Part shown: positions 7,473-15,586 of the stretch, piece by piece | Layout: each line of letters begins with the position of its first letter | Position numbering within the stretch: position 1 is the stretch's first letter | Origin: Candidatus Pacearchaeota archaeon | GTDB lineage: Archaea > Nanobdellota > Nanobdellia > Pacearchaeales > GW2011-AR1 | DNA: 56,579 nucleotides | Direction of reading: 5' to 3' | Assembly: GCA_041648455.1 (NCBI GenBank) | Contig: JBAZOZ010000003.1 | Coordinates: 1-56,579 of the forward strand | The notes under the pieces: model-generated | Told to the model about the DNA's origin: nothing | What the model saw: only the letters and a program-made list of their open reading frames with translations | The model's database searches: none | Program-made: the position numbers and the translations under genes

Positions 7473-8018
7473 TTAGATTATACTTGCTTTTATTATTCTT
7501 ATTTCCTGCAATGGTTTGTCGTTCGAATCTGTTTTGACTTTTCCAATCGCTTCAATAATATCCATTCCATTTATTACTTTTCCGAAAACTGGGTGTTTTC
7601 CGTCGAGATAATTGTTATCTGCTAAATTTATGAAGAATTGACTGCCCCCAGTATTCGGGCCTGCGTTTGCCATTGCTAGTGTTCCTCTGTTGTTTTCATC
7701 TAAATTTGTTTCTGTAAACTCATCTTTTATATTATAACCTGGACCACCCATTCCAGTTCCAGTTGGATCTCCTCCCTGAATCATGAATCCGTCAATAACT
7801 CTGTGGAAAATTACTCCATCATAAAACCCTTGTTTCACAAGTTTTTCAAAATTACCCGCTGTTATGGGCATTTCTTTTGAATAGAGTTCTATTGTTATAT
7901 CTCCTTTGGTTGTTTCTAATAGTATTTTTGTATTCTTGTTTGACATTTTATATACTGTTCCTGCAATTATTAAAATCAAAATTATCAGTGTTATAAATAT
8001 TATTGATTTCTTATTCAT
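7473..8018 (-). CDS. Cyclophilin-type peptidyl-prolyl cis-trans isomerase with N-terminal membrane anchor
   Basis: FHRVIDGFMIQGGDPTGTGMGGPGY and GTLAMANAGPNTGGSQFFI. Hydrophobic N-terminus IIFITLIILILIIA. Confidence 0.9.
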   Translation of the reverse strand: MNKKSIIFITLIILILIIAGTVYKMSNKNTKILLETTKGDITIELYSKEMPITAGNFEKLVKQGFYDGVIFHRVIDGFMIQGGDPTGTGMGGPGYNIKDEFTETNLDENNRGTLAMANAGPNTGGSQFFINLADNNYLDGKHPVFGKVINGMDIIEAIGKVKTDSNDKPLQEIRIIKASII

Positions 8019-8108
8019 GAAAAATAGAAAAGGAATTTGTTTTTAAATTTTTGTTTTCAGCAAAACATTTAATAATCTGTTATTTTTTATAGTTAGGTAA
8101 AAGAGAGC

Positions 8109-8969
8109 ATGGAAGAAGAACAAATTTCAAAAAAAGGGTTGGAAGTATATTTTTATTATTGGACGCTACCTGCGTTTTTTATATTTTTGATTCTAATCAA
8201 TTATGTTGTTCATTATAATATTCCCTCCTTGGATTTGAATTTGATGATTTCTGTTGTTTCTTTTTTGTTTGGTTTTTTAATAACAATTTCTTTTTCGATG
8301 CTTTGGAGCAGAGTTTCTTCGTTGAAGGCATCTCTTGCTATTGAGACTGGAAGACTTGTAAGCCTTTTTGAATTGTCAAAACATCTCGGAAAAAAATTCA
8401 ACGAGAAAGTTAGAGAACACATTGATAATTATACAGTTAATACTTTAAGAGATTACACTAATTATGATGTTGGAAGAGAATCAATTTATGGAATTTATAA
8501 TGATTTAGATGAAATGGAATTAAAAACGGAATCTCAAAAACAGGCGGCTTCTTCTTTTCTTTATATTCTTGGAGAATTCGAGCCATTAAGAGAACAACTG
8601 GAATATTTGACTAAAGGGGGATTATTGTGGGCATTGAAATTTGCAAATTACGCGCTCGCTGTGATTTTAATTTCTCTTTTATTTTTAAACACCGGAAGTT
8701 TATTCAATAACTGGCTTTTTGTTGTTCTCTCGACGGTTATTGTCTTTATAATTTTAATTATTGAGGATTACGAGGCTTTGAGAATCGGCGATTATACTGT
8801 GAACATAAGCAACTCTGAACAAATATTTGATTTGATTGGAGAGAAAAGATATTATCCAAGAAGATTGTTGAAAAGAGTTAGACTCGAAAGAGGACAGGTT
8901 TACAGAGTCGGTGTTTATGACCCGTCGATAAAAAAAGAACGCATAGTTAATATGAGATATAAGAAGTGA
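8109..8969 (+). CDS. Hypothetical multi-pass membrane protein
   Basis: 286-aa ORF with hydrophobic segments near both ends. No motif recognised. Confidence 0.5.
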   Translation: MEEEQISKKGLEVYFYYWTLPAFFIFLILINYVVHYNIPSLDLNLMISVVSFLFGFLITISFSMLWSRVSSLKASLAIETGRLVSLFELSKHLGKKFNEKVREHIDNYTVNTLRDYTNYDVGRESIYGIYNDLDEMELKTESQKQAASSFLYILGEFEPLREQLEYLTKGGLLWALKFANYALAVILISLLFLNTGSLFNNWLFVVLSTVIVFIILIIEDYEALRIGDYTVNISNSEQIFDLIGEKRYYPRRLLKRVRLERGQVYRVGVYDPSIKKERIVNMRYKK

Positions 8970-9147
8970 TTGGATAATTTTTAGTTTGAGATAAATTTAC
9001 TCGCATTCCCACTCACCACAGATAATATATAATTTACTTTGTTCTCATGCAAATGTTCGTAGATTAATTCGCTGAGGAGATTGTTAATGTACATAAATTC
9101 AGAATTATTCGTTTAGCTTAGTTTTTTATTGTTAGGTTATCATTTTT

Positions 9148-9175
9148 CTTGACGGAAATTCGTGACGAAGTCTGA
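9148..9175 (+). repeat. SR-2-related short repeat, partial copy v
   Basis: CTTGACGGAAATTCGTGACGAAGTCTGA matches CTTAACGGAAATTCATGACGAG at 49019. Confidence 0.45.
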
Positions 9176-9224
9176 ATTGGAGTTAAATATTTTATTACAA
9201 ATCAATTTAATACAGAATAAACAA

Positions 9225-9386
9225 TTATATCTGCCCGTTTTGAACGAATTTTTTCATTGCTTGCTCGACGATAACTTGCGGAGCAAAACCTTTTCTGCTG
9301 CACATTTTTACAAATTCATCGTAAACTTTTCTATCGATGTTGTAATCAATTCTTGCTTTTTGCGGTCCCGGTGGATATGATGCCAT
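9225..9386 (-). CDS. Small ribbon-helix-helix (CopG-like) protein, 53 aa
   Basis: MASYPPGPQKARIDYNIDRKVYDEFVKMCSRKGFAPQVIVEQAMKKFVQNGQI shows a beta-strand plus two-helix RHH pattern. Preferred over the opposite-strand track ORF 9162..9380. Confidence 0.45.
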   Translation of the reverse strand: MASYPPGPQKARIDYNIDRKVYDEFVKMCSRKGFAPQVIVEQAMKKFVQNGQI

Positions 9387-9445
9387 GTTTTAATTAATTA
9401 AAATGTATTTATAAATGTTATTTAATTAAAATAGAAAATTATTGA

Positions 9446-9796
9446 TTATTTTTTAATGAAGATTCTAGAATATAATTCTTGAAATTCTCTTTCTCTAGCG
9501 AGTATTATTACGGAATCTCTAATATTTGTTTCTTGTTTATCTAAAAGAACTCTTTTTAATTTCCGTTTTCTTCCTCTTGCTAAATTTGAATCATCAATAA
9601 CTTTTTCAAGAGAGTATTTTGTATTTAGATTTTCAGCAATATATTTTCCAACCTTCTTAAAGAAAGAAGGGGAATTGTTATACAAATTGTTTTTCAATTC
9701 AGATAAATCTATTCCCGTCAATCCAGCAAGATTATGAATTCCTTTTTCATAAAAAGATTTTTCTTCGTCTGTTAAATAGTTTCTTAATTTACCCAT
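9446..9796 (-). CDS. Hypothetical protein
   Basis: 116-aa ORF, no motif recognised. Confidence 0.4.
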   Translation of the reverse strand: MGKLRNYLTDEEKSFYEKGIHNLAGLTGIDLSELKNNLYNNSPSFFKKVGKYIAENLNTKYSLEKVIDDSNLARGRKRKLKRVLLDKQETNIRDSVIILAREREFQELYSRIFIKK

Positions 9797-9895
9797 AGAA
9801 ATATATTTATCAAATGCTTATTAATAATTATTATACTAAAGAGCATAAATAAATTTACTACTTTAATTAAGTACATTCTTGTGATTTTATCTTTT

Positions 9896-10020
9896 TAATA
9901 CAGCAAAAATTGTTTTTTGCGTAAACTCCCTGCTTTAACTCGTGAGAAAGCAAAAACAATTTTTGGGGTGTTCAAGAACCCGAGACACGCCCCGGAATTT
10001 ATTCCGAGGGTTCTTGACAT
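9896..10020 (+). repeat. 125-nt two-hairpin element, copy 3
   Basis: Near-identical to copies 1 and 2. The variable positions fall in the two hairpin loops (CCCTGCTTT; CGCCCCGGAATTT). Confidence 0.9.
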
Positions 10021-10078
10021 TATCTTTAATCGACTTTTATTCTAACCCCACCAGAATTAATAAATTAAATATTTCCTT

Positions 10079-10172
10079 TTATGCATTAATAATTTCTTAG
10101 CGAATAATCATGACAAAGATCTGATTATGAGCAATACATTCTCGCGAACTTTGTGAGCGAGCAATTTCACGA
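10079..10172 (+). repeat. SR-2 short repeat, copy ii (long form)
   Basis: TTATGCATTAATAATTTCTTAGCGAATAATCATGACAAAGATCTGATTATGAGCAAT...GTGAGCGAGCAATTTCACGAAAC. Hairpin TAATCA/TGATTA. Confidence 0.6.
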
Positions 10173-10222
10173 AACCACCTTCTCCAAAACCTTTAAAAAA
10201 ACATTTTCACTTTTCTTATTAT

Positions 10223-10344
10223 ACAGAAAATATGAAAAACAAAAAGTTTTTCATCCCATGGAAATCAAAGATTTCCAAGTCATCCAATTCTCCCGAATTG
10301 GAGACATTCAAAACAAGAAATTTTGAAGGTAGAAAATTTTCTGT
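10223..10344 (+). repeat. Nested palindrome cluster: PE closing stem enclosing four tandem perfect hairpins
   Basis: ACAGAAAAT (10223-10231) pairs with ATTTTCTGT (10336-10344). Inside are ATGAAAAAC/GTTTTTCAT, GGAAATC/GATTTCC, CCAATTC/GAATTGG and TTCAAAA/TTTTGAA. Confidence 0.8.
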
Positions 10345-10369
10345 CCTTTAAACTTCAAAGAAATTCAAA

Positions 10370-10708
10370 GTGAAAAAAAACTCGTGGGTAACAGTCGGAA
10401 TTGTAATTGCAGTAATAATTCTTGCATATTTCTTAATTAATAAACCAAAACCAGAAACTCCTGAAGCAATTACAAAATGCATAGGTGAAAAATCAACATT
10501 GTATGTTCAGCTCGGATGTTCTCATTGCAAAGACCAGGAAGACATGTTTGGAGATAATTTAAAGTATATAAAAATTATTGATTGTTTTTACGAAAGAGAT
10601 AAATGTTTAGAAAAAGAAATTGCAGGAACTCCAACTTGGATAATTAACGGAGAAAAAATAGAAGGGGTTCAAACTATTGAGAAATTAAAAGAGTTAGCAA
10701 ATTGTTAA
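10370..10708 (+). CDS. Membrane-anchored thioredoxin-fold protein (CxxC)
   Basis: N-terminal TM helix, GCSHCKDQ active-site-like motif, GTPTW cis-Pro region. Confidence 0.65.
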   Translation: MKKNSWVTVGIVIAVIILAYFLINKPKPETPEAITKCIGEKSTLYVQLGCSHCKDQEDMFGDNLKYIKIIDCFYERDKCLEKEIAGTPTWIINGEKIEGVQTIEKLKELANC

Positions 10709-11410
10709 ATGGTAGATTTAAATTTTATTAAGATAACGAGTTTGGCTTTAGCCGACGCTGTCAATCCATGCGAGATGGCTGTTCTAATTATGGTTCTTGT
10801 AACAATTTTAATTCAACATCCCGAAAAAAGAAAAAAAGTTCTTTATGCTGGCTTGGCATTCAGTTCTGCAATTTATATTGGATACTTATTCTATGGAATT
10901 GTTCTAATTGAATTATTCAAAACTTTCGCGGAATTTTTGAGAGAGAATTCTTTTTATTTTTATAATGGATTGGCAATTCTGGCAATGATTATTGGAGCAT
11001 TAAATATAAGAGATTTTTTTTATTATAAGAGGGGCGGATTAGCAACAGAGATGCCGATTTTCCTACGTCCAAAAGTAAAAAGAATAATTAGTAGTATAAC
11101 TTCTCCATCTGGAGCTTTTGTGATTGGTTTCATCGTAACAATATTCTTATTGCCATGCACTATGGGTCCATATATAGTTGCATCCGGACTTTTAGCAGAA
11201 ATCGGAATCTTGAAAGCACTTCCTTGGCTTCTTTATTATAATTTAATTTTTATCCTGCCAATGTTAATAATTACTTTCGTTGTTTATTTCGGTTTCAAAG
11301 AAGTCGACGAAGTTTCTGGATGGAAAGAAAGAAATATAAAAATTCTTCATCTAATCGCAGGAATTTTATTGTTTGCTGTCGGTGTTGCTATGTTAATGAA
11401 TTGGATATAA
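10709..11410 (+). CDS. CcdA/DsbD-family thiol-disulfide electron transport membrane protein
   Basis: ALADAVNPCEMAVL and LLPCTMGPY, each a conserved Cys in a TM helix. Start abuts the thioredoxin gene stop. Confidence 0.7.
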   Translation: MVDLNFIKITSLALADAVNPCEMAVLIMVLVTILIQHPEKRKKVLYAGLAFSSAIYIGYLFYGIVLIELFKTFAEFLRENSFYFYNGLAILAMIIGALNIRDFFYYKRGGLATEMPIFLRPKVKRIISSITSPSGAFVIGFIVTIFLLPCTMGPYIVASGLLAEIGILKALPWLLYYNLIFILPMLIITFVVYFGFKEVDEVSGWKERNIKILHLIAGILLFAVGVAMLMNWI

Positions 11411-11419
11411 AAATTCTAA

Positions 11420-11707
11420 TCAATACTTCGATGAATTATCTCTTTCACAAATTTCACATTCATAAATATCATCTCCTCTAGAAAGTCCTCCTCTTGGGCT
11501 TCTTCCCAGATGTTTCATACTCATACAATCACAAGAAGTACATATTTTTTCTCCATGCTCTGTTCTTGGACGAGCCTCCTTTATCTGCTCATGAAGTTTA
11601 GTGATTGCAGATTTATATTGATAAATTTGCTCGAGCAAACCTTTCTTTTTCTTTTCAAATTTTTCACGCTGTGCAATGTACTCTAGCTTTTTATCCCGTT
11701 CTGTCAT
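11420..11707 (-). CDS. Coiled-coil plus zinc-ribbon protein (hypothetical)
   Basis: CTSCDC ... CEIC cysteine pairs after a charged helical N-terminus. Confidence 0.45.
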   Translation of the reverse strand: MTERDKKLEYIAQREKFEKKKKGLLEQIYQYKSAITKLHEQIKEARPRTEHGEKICTSCDCMSMKHLGRSPRGGLSRGDDIYECEICERDNSSKY

Positions 11708-11747
11708 CTTTATTCAACAAGTATATAATTTATAAGAATTATTGTGA

Positions 11748-12047
11748 TTAATAATTAGATAATAAAGAATTATGCCCAAACTGAATTACTAAATCAATTT
11801 TCTTTTCAATTTCTTTTCCTAAAACCGGCGTATCACAAGCACCATAGCAGCTCCCAAGCCAAATCAAAAAATCAACTTCCTTAGTTTTTTCTTCAAGAAA
11901 ATCCACAACTGCAGTCGCATATTGCTTCAATCCATCAGGAAACTGCAATAAAACAAGTTTTGCTTTATTCTTCTTAATTTCATCTAAAACTTTCTCTAAT
12001 TCCAAATCATATCTCTCGTTTAAATCTTCAATGGTGTAGTTTTTCAT
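11748..12047 (-). pseudogene. dph2: Diphthamide synthase Dph2 remnant (N-terminal ~99 aa only)
   Basis: AKLVLLQFPDGLKQYA...GSCYGACD...VIQFGH matches the Dph2 N-terminus. Full-length archaeal Dph2 is about 330-340 aa, and the ORF stops just after the FGH motif. Confidence 0.6.
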
Positions 12048-12125
12048 GATGGGGCAAAAATAATAATCTTTTTATAGCTTTTGTAAAACCAAAAAACATA
12101 AAAACCCAAAAATACTGATAATTTT

Positions 12126-12174
12126 GTCTAACTTCGGTTGGACACGGAAGGGCAGAACTTCGGTTTTCCCTTCC
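12126..12174 (+). other. Two adjacent GC-rich hairpins, each capped by UUCG (read on + strand)
   Basis: GTCTAAC-TTCG-GTTGGAC (7 bp) and GGAAGGG..AAC-TTCG-GTT..CCCTTCC (7-bp outer stem). The direct repeat AACTTCGGTT occurs twice. Confidence 0.5.
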
Positions 12175-12183
12175 ACTTATATT

Positions 12184-12585
12184 CTAAAACATTAACTTAA
12201 TTATATAATAACCAATTCCTGTGCTTAATACTCCAAACAAAAATCCATAACTAATTTTCTTCTTTTCATAATTCAAATAAACCAAAGAGCAAATCAATAC
12301 AAGATAAACTAAAACCGCGAAAATTGTGAATATCTTATCATTATAAAACAAAATTGTAAAAACCAATATCACAAAACTAAGTCCAGAATATAAATTACTC
12401 TTAAATAAAAATGTGAGTATTAAAAACAAACCACCTGCAATAGCAAACTGACTAAGATATTCTAAATCATGAATTATCCAAATTCTCACAAGTACAAGTA
12501 CAAAAAAAGGAATACTCCCCAACGCTAAAAAATCCCGTGCAAATTCCTTGCAAATATTTTGTTTCTTCATGAAATAATTAAACAC
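12184..12585 (-). CDS. Hypothetical integral membrane protein
   Basis: 133 aa, four hydrophobic segments. Confidence 0.5.
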   Translation of the reverse strand: MFNYFMKKQNICKEFARDFLALGSIPFFVLVLVRIWIIHDLEYLSQFAIAGGLFLILTFLFKSNLYSGLSFVILVFTILFYNDKIFTIFAVLVYLVLICSLVYLNYEKKKISYGFLFGVLSTGIGYYIIKLMF

Positions 12586-12599
12586 TTAAACTTTAAAAA

Positions 12600-13027
12600 T
12601 TACTCTTTTTTTACTCTCTCAGCTACAAAAGGTAATCCAAAATTAGAAAGCATTTTCTCCAATCTTCTTAAGGTAAAAGCCATTAATTTTAATTTATATG
12701 GACCATTAGGATAAGGAAAACCAGACATGTCAAGAACCCTCGGAATAAATTCCTGGGCGTGTCTCGGGTTCTTGAACACCACAAAAATTGTTTTTGCTTT
12801 CTCACGAGTTAAAGCAGGGAGTTTACGCAAAAAACAATTTTTGCTGTATTAACAATTCCATCAGGAAAAAAATAATATCCTTCAACAATCTTTTTTCCAC
12901 CCCCCTTAACTTTTTGGTAAACATCTAAAAGAGATTTTTGATAAACAAATCCCTTCAAAGCAGAATTACTATTGATAGTACAATAATTAATAGAATAAAA
13001 AGCTTTAGCTATAATTTTCTTTTTATC
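12600..13027 (-). pseudogene. ORF split by 125-nt element copy 4 (about 100 codons once the element is removed)
   Basis: The upstream frame 13027..12852 ends ...VEGYYFFPDGI plus GT. Removing 12727-12851 joins that GT to G12726 and continues in frame as SGFPYPNGPYKLKL...VKKE stop. No ATG at the 5' end (internal TTG only). Confidence 0.5.
12727..12851 (-). repeat. 125-nt two-hairpin element, copy 4 (inverted relative to copy 3)
   Basis: Full-length copy. It supplies the first 34 codons of track ORF 12600..12830, plus the AT of that ORF's internal ATG (residue 35, completed by flanking G12726). Confidence 0.9.
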
Positions 13028-13032
13028 CTAAA

Positions 13033-13041
13033 CTTTAAAAA
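13033..13041 (+). promoter_or_regulatory. TATA-box-like motif upstream of infB
   Basis: CTTTAAAAA is centred about 28 nt upstream of the ATG at 13065. Confidence 0.35.
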
Positions 13042-13064
13042 CAAATCTATATTGAAGAACATAT

Positions 13065-14822
13065 ATGGAACAAAAAATTCGTCAGCCAATTGTAACAGTA
13101 TGCGGGCACGTTGATCATGGAAAGACATCTATCCTTGATTGTCTTAGAAATAGCTGTGTCCAGGAATCAGAAGCAGGAGGAATCACTCAAAAAATTTCTT
13201 TCACTCTTTATCCCATAAATCAATTAAAAAAAGCCTGCCCTTTGATAGAATCGTCCGGGATAAAACTAAACATCCCAGGATTTCTTTTAATAGACACACC
13301 AGGACACGCAGCATTCATAAATTTAAGAAAAAGGGGCGGCAGCCTCGCTGACTTGGCAGTTTTAGTAATCGACATAAACGAAGGAATAAAACCACAAACA
13401 GCAGAAGTAATTCAAATTTTAAAACTAAATAAAACACCTTTCATCATTGCATTAAATAAAATCGATAACATTTCTGGATGGAGAACTGACAAAAATTTAG
13501 GATTAAAAGAATCAATAGAAAAGCAACCGCAAAATGTCAAGCAAATTTTTCAGGAAAGATATATGACTTTAATCGGCTCGTTAAACAGCTATGGATTCGA
13601 AGCTGATTTATTTTATAACATAGAAGATTTCACAAAAAAAATTGCTTTAGTTCCGTGCAGTGCAAAAACAAAACAAGGAATTCCAGAATTAATTATGATG
13701 CTCTGCGGATTAAGCCAGAAATATCTCGGTGAAAAATTAAAACTCGGTGAAGATGCAAAAGGAGTAATGCTTGAAATAAAAAAAGACAAAGCAATAAATT
13801 ATTGCGAAGCAATTCTCTACGACGGAACACTAAAAAAAACAGACGAGATTGCCGTATCAAATTTCGAGGGAAATCCAATTATAACAAAAATAAGAATCCT
13901 AGAAGAAATAGAACCCCTATGCAAAAAATTTTCTCCAAGAACAAAAGTAACAGCGTCGACGGGATTAAGAATTCAATTAATCACTAAAGAAGAAATTCTT
14001 CCCGGAATGCCATTCGAAATTTACCAAAATAATCTCGAAGAAATAAAAAAAAGATTCAAGAAAGAAATTTCAGAAAATATTAAAACAGAAAAGCAAGGAA
14101 TAATTGCAAAAGCAGATTCTTTGGGAAGTTTAGAAGCACTTTTAGTCTTGCTAAATCAAAGCAACGTGCCCGTCGTAAAAGCAGGAATAGGAAGTATAAA
14201 TAAAACAGACATAATCAACGCCAAAGCAAATTTAGACATAAATGAATTAGACGCAGTCATCGTTGGATTTAATGTTAAAATTGATGAAGATGCCGAAGAG
14301 CTTGCAAGAAATAACAAATCAATTAAAATAATTACAGAAGAAGTTATCTACAAATTAATTGAAAACCTCGTCGAATTCAGAAAAGATAAATCTTCAGAAA
14401 TTGAAAAAAGAAGATTAATGGAACTAACAACAATTTGCAAGGCAAAAATTCTGCATCAGTATGTTTTCAGAAACACCAGCCCGGCAATTTTCGGTGTGAG
14501 AATCGAAGCTGGAAAATTAAAATCTGGATTAAATATGATAAATGAAAAAGGGGAAAAAGTCGGAAGAATAAAAAACATTCAATCCGAAAACAAATCGGTT
14601 GAAGAAGCCGCTCAGGGAATGGAAGTTGCAATTTCAATTCCAGGAATAAATTTTGAAAGAGTTTTAGGCGACAGAGAAACTCTCTATTCAGATATTGGAG
14701 AAGGACAATTCAAAAAATTCAAGAAGAACAAAGATTTGCTTAACGAAGGAGAAAAAAGAACCTTGCAGGAAATTAATGAGATTAAAAAGTTTGGAAGTTG
14801 TCTGCGCTTAGGCGCAGTTTAG
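13065..14822 (+). CDS. infB: Translation initiation factor aIF5B (IF-2 homolog)
   Basis: GHVDHGKTSILD, IDTPGHAAF, NKID GTPase motifs. Length and domain order are typical of aIF5B. Confidence 0.9.
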   Translation: MEQKIRQPIVTVCGHVDHGKTSILDCLRNSCVQESEAGGITQKISFTLYPINQLKKACPLIESSGIKLNIPGFLLIDTPGHAAFINLRKRGGSLADLAVLVIDINEGIKPQTAEVIQILKLNKTPFIIALNKIDNISGWRTDKNLGLKESIEKQPQNVKQIFQERYMTLIGSLNSYGFEADLFYNIEDFTKKIALVPCSAKTKQGIPELIMMLCGLSQKYLGEKLKLGEDAKGVMLEIKKDKAINYCEAILYDGTLKKTDEIAVSNFEGNPIITKIRILEEIEPLCKKFSPRTKVTASTGLRIQLITKEEILPGMPFEIYQNNLEEIKKRFKKEISENIKTEKQGIIAKADSLGSLEALLVLLNQSNVPVVKAGIGSINKTDIINAKANLDINELDAVIVGFNVKIDEDAEELARNNKSIKIITEEVIYKLIENLVEFRKDKSSEIEKRRLMELTTICKAKILHQYVFRNTSPAIFGVRIEAGKLKSGLNMINEKGEKVGRIKNIQSENKSVEEAAQGMEVAISIPGINFERVLGDRETLYSDIGEGQFKKFKKNKDLLNEGEKRTLQEINEIKKFGSCLRLGAV

Positions 14823-14835
14823 AATTTTTATATGC

Positions 14836-14869
14836 TCAGGAATTAAAACAAAACATTCAAAATTCCTGA
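14836..14869 (+). other. Perfect inverted repeat just 3' of infB (possible 3'-end structure)
   Basis: TCAGGAATT-16 nt-AATTCCTGA, 9 bp, starting 14 nt after the stop. Confidence 0.4.
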
Positions 14870-14915
14870 CATAAAAAGGCAAGAAAAAGAAGATTGGGGA
14901 AACTAGAAATTAAAT

Positions 14916-15164
14916 TTATACTATTATCTTTCCTTCTTCAATTTTAAATGTTTCAAGAGTTACCCCACTATCTAATTTATCATTGACATCATCAACAATC
15001 TTTGCTATTCTTAATGATTCATCATTTCTAAATAATTCTTTTCCACAATCAGGACATCTATAAAAATCTGCCTTCAACTTTATCTTTTTAGGATTTCCTA
15101 TTGGAACTAAAATATCTGATTTTTCTTTAAATTCCATATCAGAATTACAAAAATTACATTTCAT
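14916..15164 (-). CDS. YgiT/MqsA-type zinc-ribbon protein (possible antitoxin)
   Basis: CNFC ... CPDCG pairs with the spacing typical of YgiT-type zinc fingers. Confidence 0.45.
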   Translation of the reverse strand: MKCNFCNSDMEFKEKSDILVPIGNPKKIKLKADFYRCPDCGKELFRNDESLRIAKIVDDVNDKLDSGVTLETFKIEEGKIIV

Positions 15165-15214
15165 CTTTATACCTCAGTAATACCATGTTTAATATATTAA
15201 TATACTTTTCCATT

Positions 15215-15586
15215 TTAAATCTTTTTGATTTCCTTCCTTATCTCTTCTTTATTTTCAAATATTTCTTTTTGCCATAAATTTGAGGGAAAAACATTAACTA
15301 GTTCAAAATAACCATTATTTTCTTTTAAAGTTATTGTTATAAAAACACCTGCAGAATTTTTGAATATACAGAAAGTATCACAATATCTTACTCCTTCACG
15401 AACATCTTTCATTAAAACACTTTTAGATGGCTCTTTAAATGATTCCAAAAAATCTCTCAGCAAATCAAAGTGGTGGTTATATCCTATCTGACCTTTTCTA
15501 TCTTTAAACCTCTTGAAAAAATATGGACTTTGGAATGTATCAAAATCCCTATACATTAAAGGCAACATAAATAAAAAAAGATTCAA
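15215..15586 (-). CDS. Hypothetical protein, possible toxin partner of the zinc-ribbon gene
   Basis: 123-aa ORF directly upstream on the same strand. A start at the internal Met (MYRDFD) is plausible. Confidence 0.35.
   Translation of the reverse strand: MNLFLFMLPLMYRDFDTFQSPYFFKRFKDRKGQIGYNHHFDLLRDFLESFKEPSKSVLMKDVREGVRYCDTFCIFKNSAGVFITITLKENNGYFELVNVFPSNLWQKEIFENKEEIRKEIKKI

Noticed and set aside
9205-9228. AATTTAATACAGAATAAACAATT as a sixth (solo) fragment of the 125-nt element
   Set aside because: Only about 13 of 17 nt match the element's 5' end. It overlaps the 3' end of the RHH ORF, and none of the hairpin sequence follows. This is consistent with chance in AT-rich sequence.
9162-9380. 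The + strand 72-aa track ORF
   Set aside because: It has no recognisable features and a hydrophobic low-complexity translation. The opposite strand encodes a clean 53-aa ribbon-helix-helix-like protein over the same interval.
12600-12830. The track ORF of 76 aa as an independent gene
   Set aside because: Its first 34 codons are simply the open frame of the 125-nt repeat, and the same peptide would be encoded by every copy. Only the part downstream of 12726 looks like gene sequence; see the split-ORF finding.
5373-12851. The repeated 125-nt units might be a CRISPR array
   Set aside because: The units are far longer than CRISPR repeats, occur in both orientations, and are separated by 1.5-3 kb of ordinary genes rather than short uniform spacers. 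No cas genes are present; the Cas4-like nuclease at 24135 stands alone.
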